DNA of 64,000 nucleotides from Candidatus Latescibacterota bacterium (lineage in GTDB: Bacteria > Latescibacterota > UBA2968 > UBA8231): NCBI GenBank assembly GCA_965203355.1, contig OZ241889.1, positions 992,001 to 1,056,000 on the forward strand. The letters are read 5' to 3'. The translations under genes were made by a program, and so were the position numbers. Positions 9,384 through 19,920 of this stretch are shown here, piece after piece. The notes below the pieces were generated by a model. The model did no database searches and had not been told where the DNA came from. It saw only the letters and a list, made by a program, of their open reading frames with translations. How positions within the stretch are numbered: the stretch's first letter is position 1; each line of letters starts with the position of its first letter.

Positions 9384-9809
9384 ATGAGCGAAACCCGTCC
9401 TGTAATCGTGTACGATGGCGAATGCCGCTTCTGCCTGTGGAGCGTCGGCCGCATTCGCCGCTTTGACCGCAACAGTCGCTTTGAGTACCTGCCGCGCCAA
9501 GCGGACGGCATTGAAGAGCGGTTTCCGGTCCTCTCCAGTTCCGACTTTAACACGGGCCTGCGTCTCATCCACGCCGCCGGGCAGGTTGATGTCGGGGCAG
9601 ATGCTGTGTACCAGATTTACCGTCGGCTTCCTCCTTGGAACCTGTTCACTTGGGTGTACTGCATTCCGGGGCTGAAGCAGCTCTTTCGCGCTGGCTACGG
9701 GCTCGTCGCGCGCAATCGGCATCGGTTTGGCAGGGTCGAATGCGCCGATGAGGCGTGTGCCATCCCGTACGGCGAGCGGCACAAGGGCACTTCTGAATCG
9801 GCCTTATGA
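9384..9809 (+). CDS. DCC1-like thiol-disulfide oxidoreductase (DUF393)
   Basis: IVYDGECRFC, GADAV, YGLVARNRHR. Confidence 0.9.
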   Translation: MSETRPVIVYDGECRFCLWSVGRIRRFDRNSRFEYLPRQADGIEERFPVLSSSDFNTGLRLIHAAGQVDVGADAVYQIYRRLPPWNLFTWVYCIPGLKQLFRAGYGLVARNRHRFGRVECADEACAIPYGERHKGTSESAL

Positions 9810-11143
9810 CCACCCAGCGCAACGTTCTATTCCTCATCGCCGACGACTGGAGCCGCATCGCCGCCTGCTATGGCAATCGCGTCGTCCGCACGCCCCGCAT
9901 TGATTCGTTTGCCCGCGAGAGCACGGTATTTGACCAAGCCTTCTGCACCAGCCCTTCGTGCGCGGTCAGTCGCGCCTGCATCCTCACTGGATACCACAGC
10001 CACACCCACGGCCAGTACGGACACTGTCACGGCATCCACGGATTCTCCACGCATCCCCACATCACCTCCACACTCTCCAGCCTGAAGGCGCACGGCTATG
10101 CCACGGCCTGTATCGGCAAAAAACACGTCGAGCCGCCCAGCGTGTACCCGTTTGACTTTGAGCCTAAGGTCAATGCCAGAAACGGCGTTGAATTGGCCCG
10201 CGCTGCGCGTGACTTTTGGGCTGCTCATCCCGATCAGCCGTTCTACCTGCACGTGGGGTTTACCGATCCCCACCGCGCGGGTCGAGGTTTTGGCAATGAG
10301 CACCCGTACTCCGATGTGCCGGAAACGCAGTACAGCCCCGACGACGTGGCCGTGCCGCCCTATTTGCCCGATGTGCCGGATGTGCGCGCCGATCTCGCCG
10401 AGTACTATCAGGCGGTCTCCCGCTTCGACTTTGGCGTGGGGTGCCTACTCGATGCACTGGAGGAATCGGGTCGGGCCGACGAGACCTTGGTCATCGTCAC
10501 AACCGATCACGCCATGCCCTTCCCCGGGGCCAAGGCTTCCTGCTTCGACAGCGGCCACCACTGCCCCTTCATCCTGCGGGCACCGGGCATCACTACCCCC
10601 GCCACCCGTAGTCAGTCCCTCATCAATTGGACCGATATCCGCCCCACGTTGCACGACTGGTGCGGGGTGCCCGCGCCCGAGGACTTGCCGGGTCGGTCCC
10701 TCCTGCCGGGCCTAGCCGATCCGTCCGTCCCCGACTGGGAGCACACGTTCTTTTCGCACTGCTTTCACGAGGTGGTTGATTACAATCCCTACCGGGTGCT
10801 GCGCGGCCGGTGCTACAAATTTGTGCGCAACTTGGCCGCTGGTCTCACCACTATGCTGCCTACGGATATATTTCGTTCGACTACGTGGACGGCGGTGCGG
10901 CGCGACGCGATTCCCGCCATGGGCCAGCGCCCCACTCGCCACGTGATCACGCGGGCACCCGAAGAGCTATACGATCTGGAGGCCGATCCCACTGAAAGCG
11001 TCAATCGGATCGACGATCCCCACTTGCAGGAGGTGGCCGCTCAGATGCGCACCCAACTCTACCAATTCCGCCGCGACACGTCCGACCCTTGGTTGGAAGT
11101 GGACTTTCAGGAAGGACGCATCGACCGCCTCAAACCTCGATGA
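9806..11143 (+). CDS. Sulfatase (sulfamidase/N-sulfoglucosamine sulfohydrolase-like)
   Basis: NVLFLIADD, CAVSRACILTG, GKKH, DPHR, TTDH, EELYDLEADPTE; ATGA overlap with the DCC gene. Confidence 0.9.
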   Translation: MTTQRNVLFLIADDWSRIAACYGNRVVRTPRIDSFARESTVFDQAFCTSPSCAVSRACILTGYHSHTHGQYGHCHGIHGFSTHPHITSTLSSLKAHGYATACIGKKHVEPPSVYPFDFEPKVNARNGVELARAARDFWAAHPDQPFYLHVGFTDPHRAGRGFGNEHPYSDVPETQYSPDDVAVPPYLPDVPDVRADLAEYYQAVSRFDFGVGCLLDALEESGRADETLVIVTTDHAMPFPGAKASCFDSGHHCPFILRAPGITTPATRSQSLINWTDIRPTLHDWCGVPAPEDLPGRSLLPGLADPSVPDWEHTFFSHCFHEVVDYNPYRVLRGRCYKFVRNLAAGLTTMLPTDIFRSTTWTAVRRDAIPAMGQRPTRHVITRAPEELYDLEADPTESVNRIDDPHLQEVAAQMRTQLYQFRRDTSDPWLEVDFQEGRIDRLKPR

Positions 11144-11260
11144 TCCTCAGCCGTGCCCGGCCGACGCTCTGGTTGCAGTTCTCAACGCGGTCATCAGCGC
11201 GTCGGCCCGCTTGGGCCTTGTGCCGTAAATCGCGCCTCGCGGCCGTCGCCATCAGCGAGA

Positions 11261-11295
11261 TTGACCGCCTTTGGCTAGGTTGCTATTATTGCAAC
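11261..11295 (+). promoter_or_regulatory. Sigma70-type promoter with an overlapping palindrome upstream of the Kelch gene
   Basis: TTGACC-N17-TATTAT with TG extension; GTTGC-N7-GCAAC (11279-11295) spans the -10. Confidence 0.55.
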
Positions 11296-11351
11296 TCCTA
11301 AGCGCTGAAACCCTTCTTCCCTACGCCCCTAAACGACAAAAGATAGCCACC

Positions 11352-13199
11352 ATGCAAACGAAGAAAGCTGGCCACAATTCTCTCTATCGCATAGGCTGCC
11401 TCATGGTTCTTTCCGCCGGATTTACCGCGGCCGATACTTTGCCCGACGGGCCGGGCCTCTTCCTCGAAGATCGCGACGGACGAGTCTATGTCGCTGTCCT
11501 TGGCTCTGCGGGGATGGTCGCTCGCAACGCTGCTGATGACGCGGACACTTGGGAAGTTGTCGCTGACGGGCGCGTCGAGGGGCTGCAAATGACCCCGGAC
11601 GGGGATTTGTGGATGGCCCTCGACGACGAGGTTCTGCGCTACCCGCACGAGGGCGGCAAGCCGGTTGCTCGGACGCCTTCCTTCTTGCTCAATGGCTCGC
11701 CCGGACCATTGCTGGCGACGCGCTGGGGCGATGTCTGGTGCGCTGGGTGTGGTGCTGTGCGCCGGGGTGATGCCCTGTTTGAAGCGGCGCCGACCGCCCC
11801 ACCCGGATGGAAGATCACGCCGGTGTGCGACGATCCCTTTGGCAATGTGTGGGCTGTTGCTGACGATGGTCAGCGGCGGGATGTCGCCGTCTTGACGGCC
11901 CAACGTCCCCACGGCTGGCAGCGCCTCAACCTGCCGGCAAATCAACTCGCTGGCTCTTGGCAGGGTGCTGTGACCGACGATGCCGGCTTTGTCTGGATGG
12001 CTTTGGATGCCGCCGTCCTGCGCGTCGATCCCCGCTCGTCCGGGCCTCATCGCTCCTTTGCCAATCCCGTTGATGCCCGCATCACGGCGATTGCGCGTGG
12101 CGGCGATCAGATCGCAGTTGGCTTTGCCGATGGCAGCTTGCGCGAGCTGACGGTGCGGGCCGACGGTCCGCCGGCTTGGCGAGTGATTCGGGCGGGCGGC
12201 GATGGTCCGGTGCAGGCGTTGCTACACGCTCGCGATGGGAGCCTCTGGGTGTTGCACGCCGGGAAAGTTCAGCGTCTCGCCGATCTTGAGCAAGCGTGGC
12301 ACGAGCACTGGGACGAACAGCCGAGGATGCCGGCGGGTAATCACGATCACATTTTTGCGCGCATTGGCGACCGTCTGTACACCGCCGGTGGCAAGACCTT
12401 CTTTGGTTGGCCAGCGGCGGAGTGGGTCAATCTCGACCACGTGTGGTCCTATCACATTCCTTCGGGTACGTGGCGCGTGGAGCCGCCCATGCTCGAGCCG
12501 GGCAAGGCTTACTCCGGCATCGCCGCCCTCGACGACGAGCTGTGGCTTTTGGGGGGCCTTTTCCGCGATGGCAGCGGGACGCGGGCGACGGAGACCGTTG
12601 AAATTTTTGATCCCCACACGCGGAGTTATCGCCTTGGTCCGCCGTTGCCGCGCAAAGCAGGCCAAGTGGTGGCCCTCGCGGTCCATGAGCGGTTGTACGC
12701 CGTGGGCGGTGCCGACGACGATGGCCCGACGGCAGAGGTCCTGAGCATTGGAGCCGGGGAGACGAGTTGGCGGGTTGACGCGCCGGCACCCGGCCCGGTG
12801 TTGCAGGCGAGCGGCTGCGTGCTGAATGGCAAGATCTACATCGCCGCCGGGCCTTTGTCCCAATGCCCGGGTTTGTTCGTCTATGATCCCGAGCAAGACA
12901 ACTGGAGCCAAATCGAGCATCCGGCGCGGCCTCCCGGTGCCCCGCTGTGTACGGCCTTCAACGGCAGCGTCTGGGTCATGGGAGGACGGGGGGTCAACAG
13001 CGGCCAGACCGCGAGCTTTGCCTACACACCGGATACGGGCCAGTGGCATCGCGGTCCCGACTTGCCCTCGCCAGTTAGCTGGGCGGCGGCGGCTGTTGTC
13101 AATGGCCGCTTGCTGATCGCCGGTGGTGCCTACCGCGACGAGCGGGTCGGCGATTACTTCAACAGCGACCGCGTGTTCCTGCTGCGCGACGCTAGGTAA
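11352..13199 (+). CDS. Secreted beta-propeller protein: N-terminal sensor-type propeller repeats plus C-terminal Kelch repeats
   Basis: Repeated DxxGxVW blades, then LYTAGG, LWLLGG, LYAVGG, VWVMGG, LLIAGG with W/P spacing; start uncertain. Confidence 0.8.
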   Translation: MQTKKAGHNSLYRIGCLMVLSAGFTAADTLPDGPGLFLEDRDGRVYVAVLGSAGMVARNAADDADTWEVVADGRVEGLQMTPDGDLWMALDDEVLRYPHEGGKPVARTPSFLLNGSPGPLLATRWGDVWCAGCGAVRRGDALFEAAPTAPPGWKITPVCDDPFGNVWAVADDGQRRDVAVLTAQRPHGWQRLNLPANQLAGSWQGAVTDDAGFVWMALDAAVLRVDPRSSGPHRSFANPVDARITAIARGGDQIAVGFADGSLRELTVRADGPPAWRVIRAGGDGPVQALLHARDGSLWVLHAGKVQRLADLEQAWHEHWDEQPRMPAGNHDHIFARIGDRLYTAGGKTFFGWPAAEWVNLDHVWSYHIPSGTWRVEPPMLEPGKAYSGIAALDDELWLLGGLFRDGSGTRATETVEIFDPHTRSYRLGPPLPRKAGQVVALAVHERLYAVGGADDDGPTAEVLSIGAGETSWRVDAPAPGPVLQASGCVLNGKIYIAAGPLSQCPGLFVYDPEQDNWSQIEHPARPPGAPLCTAFNGSVWVMGGRGVNSGQTASFAYTPDTGQWHRGPDLPSPVSWAAAAVVNGRLLIAGGAYRDERVGDYFNSDRVFLLRDAR

Positions 13200-13381
13200 G
13201 CGGCAACGCTGGAGAGCGCACCGCCACTAGCAAGGGTAAATGCGACCCGGTACAACGCCGCTCATCTGGTTGATTTTTGTTCTGGCAATGACGATTTTTG
13301 CGTTTAAGGTGGTCTCGTTAGGCTAGTCCACATGAGCGGCTTGAAGGCCGTTATCTCCCGATAAATCCGATAAGGAGCAGT

Positions 13382-15754
13382 ATGGTCTATCTGTCAATGC
13401 TCGCGACTTTGCTAGTCGTCTATCCTATAACTATAACGGCCCAGCCAGCGGCCCGGCTAAGTGGCAAGATAACCGACGCGGGCTCTGGCGAACCGCTGCC
13501 CGGGGCCAACATTCGCCTCGTGGACACTCTGCTGGGGGCTGTCACAGATTTAGAAGGCCAGTTCGTATTGTCGGCCGTGCCGGCGGGCACCCACCAAGTG
13601 GAAATTAGTATGATCGGTTATGGCATCCGCACTGAGACCTTGCAGGTGGTCGCTGGCGAGCAAGCTCGCTTGAACGCCGCCCTGACTCCCAACCCCGTAC
13701 ACATGGGCGAAATGCTGATCCAAGCCGACCGGGCCTTTTCCGCGGCTTCCTCGCGGGCGGTGCGCCAATTCGACCTGCAAACCCGCCCCAGCCGCACGGC
13801 CCATCAGATGCTGCAACTGGCCCCTGGCCTCATCATCGCCCAACACGCTGGCGGCGGCAAAGCCGAACAAATTTTTCTGCGCGGTTTTGACGCTGATCAC
13901 GGTACGGATGTGGCCATTTCGGTGGATGGGGTGCCCGTGAATATGGTCTCCCACGGCCACGGGCAAGGCTACGCCGACCTGCACTTCCTCATTCCCGAAG
14001 TCGTCGAGGAACTGGAGGTCAAGAAAGGGCCGTACTTTGCCGAATTTGGCAATCTGGCTACGGCCGGGGCCATCGCCTACCGCACCCGCGACCACCTCGA
14101 CGGCAACGCCATTCACCTCGAAGGGGGCGGGTTCAATACGGCCGAGTACACCATGCTCTACCAGATTCCGCTGGCCGATACTAAGCAAAGTGCCTATTTC
14201 GCCGGCAAGTACTACCACACCGACGGCCCGGTCAAGCGGCCTCAGGGCTTGCAGCGTCTCAATCTCTTCGGCAAATACCACAACCACCTCTCCGACCGCT
14301 CCACCCTTACCTTGACCACCAGCGGGTTTAGTTCGGCTTGGGACGCCTCCGGGCAGATACCGCAACGGGCCATAGAACAGGGCCTCATTGATCGCTGGGG
14401 TGCCATTGACGATCTGGAAGGGGGCACCACCGGTCGCCAGGATTTCCACGTCAATTTCCACGTTGAAGAGGCCGGTACTAGCACCTTCGATCTACAGGCC
14501 TATTTGGTGAGCTATCAGTTCAAGCTGTTTTCCAACTTCACTTTCTTCCTCGACGACCCCGAGCACGGCGACACCATTGAACAGACCGATGATCGCCAAG
14601 TTACCGGGATCAACAGTCGCTATTCCTTCTTCCACACCTGGGGCCCGTACTTGGCTCACACTTCGATAGGCGGCGGCCTGCGCGCTGATAATGCGGCCGT
14701 GGGGTTGTGGAAGAGCCCCGACCGCCAACGCCTCGCCTCGCTGGTCAATGCCGATGTGGTGGAGCGCAATCTGTTTCTGTGGGTCCAAGAAGAACTTGCT
14801 TTCACTCCGCGCTTGAAAATGATTCTAGGTCTGCGCGGCGATTACTTCACTTTCAATGTTGACGACCACCGCGAAGGGTTTCCCAGCGAGCTGCCCCACG
14901 CTTCGGGTTTTGCCCAAGCCTCCATACTCAGCCCGAAAGCAACCTTGGTATATAGTCCAAGCCGCACCGTAGATCTTTTTGCCAATGTCGGCACTGGCTT
15001 CCATTCCAACGACGCTCGCAACAATGTCATTGATGCTCGGGCCGCGCAAATTCGTCGGGTCATGCGGCGCGATGGGCACAGCGAGACCGACATTGCCGTC
15101 GAGTTAGCGGGACGCTATATCGATCCGGGCCACCTTGAAGAAGGGACTTTGCCGCGGGCAGTGGGGGCCGAAGCCGGCCTGCGGACTCGGTTATTTGATC
15201 GGTTGAATGTGGGGGCGGCTCTGTGGTGGCTGGATCTAGCAAGCGAATTCGTTTTTGTCGGCGATGCCGGCACGACCGAAGCCAGCGGAAAAACCCGGCG
15301 GGCGGGGCTGGATCTGGAAGCCCGTCTGCGGCTTCGTCCTGGGCTGTGGGCCGATGTGGACCTCAATCTCGCCCGTGGTGAGGCCGTGGGCGAACCCGAC
15401 GACGCCAATAAAATCCCACTGGCCCCCCAACGGACCTCTACCGGAGGCTTGACTTGGTACCATCCCACTGGCTTAGAAGGCGGCTTGCGCTACCGCCACA
15501 TCGGCGACCGGCCCGCCAACGAGAATGGCAGTATCACGGCCGAGGGCTACACTGTCGTCGATTTCAACGGAGCCTATCGCCTGGGGTCTTGGCGGTTTAA
15601 TTGGGGCGTAGAGAACGTGCTGAATACAACGTGGAACGAGGCGCAATTCGACACGGAATCGCAACTGCGGGACGAGGCGGAACCTGTTTCGGAGATCCAT
15701 TTTACCCCAGGGAATCCCGTCAATTTGTGGCTGGGGGTGAGTTTTTCGTTCTAG
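13382..15754 (+). CDS. TonB-dependent receptor with an N-terminal carboxypeptidase-regulatory-like domain
   Basis: GEPLPGANI, GGGKAEQIFLRGFDADHGTD, EVKKGPY plug motifs; C-terminal F; RBS AAGGAG. Confidence 0.92.
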   Translation: MVYLSMLATLLVVYPITITAQPAARLSGKITDAGSGEPLPGANIRLVDTLLGAVTDLEGQFVLSAVPAGTHQVEISMIGYGIRTETLQVVAGEQARLNAALTPNPVHMGEMLIQADRAFSAASSRAVRQFDLQTRPSRTAHQMLQLAPGLIIAQHAGGGKAEQIFLRGFDADHGTDVAISVDGVPVNMVSHGHGQGYADLHFLIPEVVEELEVKKGPYFAEFGNLATAGAIAYRTRDHLDGNAIHLEGGGFNTAEYTMLYQIPLADTKQSAYFAGKYYHTDGPVKRPQGLQRLNLFGKYHNHLSDRSTLTLTTSGFSSAWDASGQIPQRAIEQGLIDRWGAIDDLEGGTTGRQDFHVNFHVEEAGTSTFDLQAYLVSYQFKLFSNFTFFLDDPEHGDTIEQTDDRQVTGINSRYSFFHTWGPYLAHTSIGGGLRADNAAVGLWKSPDRQRLASLVNADVVERNLFLWVQEELAFTPRLKMILGLRGDYFTFNVDDHREGFPSELPHASGFAQASILSPKATLVYSPSRTVDLFANVGTGFHSNDARNNVIDARAAQIRRVMRRDGHSETDIAVELAGRYIDPGHLEEGTLPRAVGAEAGLRTRLFDRLNVGAALWWLDLASEFVFVGDAGTTEASGKTRRAGLDLEARLRLRPGLWADVDLNLARGEAVGEPDDANKIPLAPQRTSTGGLTWYHPTGLEGGLRYRHIGDRPANENGSITAEGYTVVDFNGAYRLGSWRFNWGVENVLNTTWNEAQFDTESQLRDEAEPVSEIHFTPGNPVNLWLGVSFSF

Positions 15755-16380
15755 GTTCTGTGTGGCAAAACCAGATGCGGCGGGCTTGGCTCCATCCAAG
15801 CGATCAACTGGCGCACGATGCGAAAGGTTAGTCCCCACAGCAGCGGGCGATTCGGCCCCAACAGGTCGAGTGCTGGAAACGCCTGCTCTTCGCCGCGGCG
15901 TTGCATTCGGTGCTGGGTCTGCTTACTGGGGTCGCGCAATGGATCGGCTCCTATCCAAAAGGCCGACTCGACCTCTTGGCTGAGGGTCAAGGCCGCTGGC
16001 GTCTCCAAGCGATAGACGAAACCAGATACCACTACTGGCAACAGATGCCCGGTCCGATCATCGACTCGGCCCCAATAGTCGGCTTCGGACAGATCGAGCC
16101 CGACCTCCTCCAAAGTCTCGCGCTCGGCCGCCGCGCGCGGGGAGGGGTCGTCTGCTTCAATGCGGCCGCCGGGAAAGGCGATGTGCCCGGACCAAGGGTC
16201 GTCCGGGTGCTGGGCGCGTTCGATAAAAAGCAACTGCAAGCCCTCTGGCGTTGGCCCCAAGACCACGGTCACCGCGGCTCGCGTCTTGTCCGTTGAGCCG
16301 ACCAAGTAGGGCTGGTGCTGGGCGAGCCCGGCCTGCACCGCAGCCCAAGTGCCTATGTCTACGGTCGCGGTTTGGCGCAT
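15751..16380 (-). CDS. Nudix CoA pyrophosphatase (NudL/PCD1-like)
   Basis: WSGHIAFPGG, AAERETLEEVGL Nudix box, LWGLT. Confidence 0.88.
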   Translation of the reverse strand: MRQTATVDIGTWAAVQAGLAQHQPYLVGSTDKTRAAVTVVLGPTPEGLQLLFIERAQHPDDPWSGHIAFPGGRIEADDPSPRAAAERETLEEVGLDLSEADYWGRVDDRTGHLLPVVVSGFVYRLETPAALTLSQEVESAFWIGADPLRDPSKQTQHRMQRRGEEQAFPALDLLGPNRPLLWGLTFRIVRQLIAWMEPSPPHLVLPHRT

Positions 16381-16463
16381 AGGTGGACTTGGTTCATGGT
16401 CGTTAGCCTTGTCGTTCCCCGGGGTGCCGTTGACTTCGACGCTGTTGTCATGCGCTGTGTCCG

Positions 16464-17378
16464 CTAAATCGCCGCGAAATAGTCCTTATCTACTTCTACG
16501 CGCTCGACCATCTGCGCGGACACGCCGAGTTTGAGTTCCTTCATTTTGTCCATTAGCAGTTCGCCGTCAATCAGGTCTATCGGCGTCGCGCCGTCCCGGG
16601 TGGCTTCTCGTTGTGCCTCGTTTGTGAAGCCGCCCGTCGTCAAGATAAGGCCCTTTTCTGCGCGTCCGGCCATCGCGCCGCGAAAGTCCCGGACGACGCT
16701 TGCGCCGACACGGCCGCTGTAGCGCTTGCATTGGAACAGTACGGGAAAGCTGATCAGCCCCGCGAGGCGGATTATTCCATGCCCGTCAATTCCGCCATCG
16801 CCTGATTTTCCGGTGACCTCAACTTCGATAAAGCCCGATTCCCGCAACAGCCTTTGGCACAAGCGTTCGAACGCGTCGGGCGGAATGTTGCGGAGCGTGT
16901 CGAGCAAATCCTCGCGCCAAGCAGCGGTTTCATCTGCGTGGCTTTCGGCTGAGTCGTCGATTTCTTCGGCTAAGGCGACTCTTTCCGTTGCGACCTGTTT
17001 GCGGGATCGCTTCTGTTTCAGGTCTCGCATATAAGAATCGACAACTTCTTTGGCATCAACGCGTTGTGTCTCCCGCCCTTTAGCCGTAAGATGCCATATC
17101 CCTCGTTTTGAGCTATCAATCAAACCGTACTTTCTGAGATAGGTTCTCGCCCAACTCAATCGGTATTCTAGCTCTGTCATGCGTTCTGCTTGCCCGCTTT
17201 TTTTTCCTCGTGCACAAGGTATTTGAGTGATAGCAGCAGACAGGCCCATATCTTCAATTACTCGATCGGCGATTTCGCCAATGGAAGCACTGCCGCCAAG
17301 CGAATGGAACGCAGCCAGCGTTGGGCTTATTAGCTCATGATACTTTGGAACGTCATTTATATTGACGTTATCAGTCAT
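16464..17378 (-). CDS. mrr: Mrr-family type IV restriction endonuclease
   Basis: Mrr_N (RLSWARTYL, RGIWHLT) and Mrr_cat (FERLC, SGDGGIDG, QCKRY, VRDFRGA, IDLIDG); RBS AAGGAG. Confidence 0.92.
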   Translation of the reverse strand: MTDNVNINDVPKYHELISPTLAAFHSLGGSASIGEIADRVIEDMGLSAAITQIPCARGKKSGQAERMTELEYRLSWARTYLRKYGLIDSSKRGIWHLTAKGRETQRVDAKEVVDSYMRDLKQKRSRKQVATERVALAEEIDDSAESHADETAAWREDLLDTLRNIPPDAFERLCQRLLRESGFIEVEVTGKSGDGGIDGHGIIRLAGLISFPVLFQCKRYSGRVGASVVRDFRGAMAGRAEKGLILTTGGFTNEAQREATRDGATPIDLIDGELLMDKMKELKLGVSAQMVERVEVDKDYFAAI

Positions 17379-17497
17379 CGCAAAAACTCCTTTGCAGCAA
17401 TATCCGCGTCCATGCGGAAGACAGGTCGGCTGAGAATATGGCAAATTAGCGGGCGGCAGAGTAGCCCATTATCGCTAATTTTCCGTAATTATTGTCC

Positions 17498-19413
<1,916 letters not shown>

Positions 19414-19417
<4 letters not shown>

Positions 19418-19788
19418 AACGCAAGCACATACCGACCCGCAGCGCGTTTGGCGCCGAGTTTGGTTATTCGCGCGCCGTGCGCGTGGACCGGCACATTCAC
19501 GTCGCTGGCACCTGCGCCCAGCCGCCGCACGACCAAGGCGATGCGTACGAGCAAGCCCAAGGCGCGTTGCAGATTATCGCCAAGGCCCTCGACGAGACCG
19601 GTGCTAGCCTCAAAGACGTGGTGCGGACGGTCGTGTACATTACGGATGGGGACCATGCTGCTGGCGTCACCCGCGCTCACCGCGAGGCGTTTGGCGAGAT
19701 TTTGCCGGCCTCGAGCTTGATCGTGGTGGCCGCGCTGCTAAAGCCGCATCTGGTCGTCGAGATCGAAGCCTACGCCATTTTGCCCTAG
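19414..19788 (+). CDS. RidA/Rid family protein
   Basis: GYSRAVRV, DVVRTVVY, VEIEAYA; ATGA overlap with ABC-F. Confidence 0.88.
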
Positions 19789-19920
19789 TTGGCAGCCCGT
19801 GAACAAAGAGAGTCCGCTCCAGACGAGGGCCGATGTGGAGGATGGAACGCAAACGATTCGCGCCATGGCCCGCGGCGATTGGGTCCGCTTGGCGACCGTC
19901 ACCGGCGGCGTATAGTACCT

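Noticed and set aside
9114-9782. 484-aa version of the methyltransferase ORF
   Set aside because: The extension is antisense to the DCC gene; the methyltransferase starts at 9113
9940-9990. Sulfatase motif CAVSR lacking the canonical Pro
   Set aside because: The catalytic Cys and Arg are kept, and variation at this position is known among S1 sulfatases
13200-13381. Cobalamin or TPP riboswitch upstream of the TBDR
   Set aside because: No B12-box or TPP consensus visible
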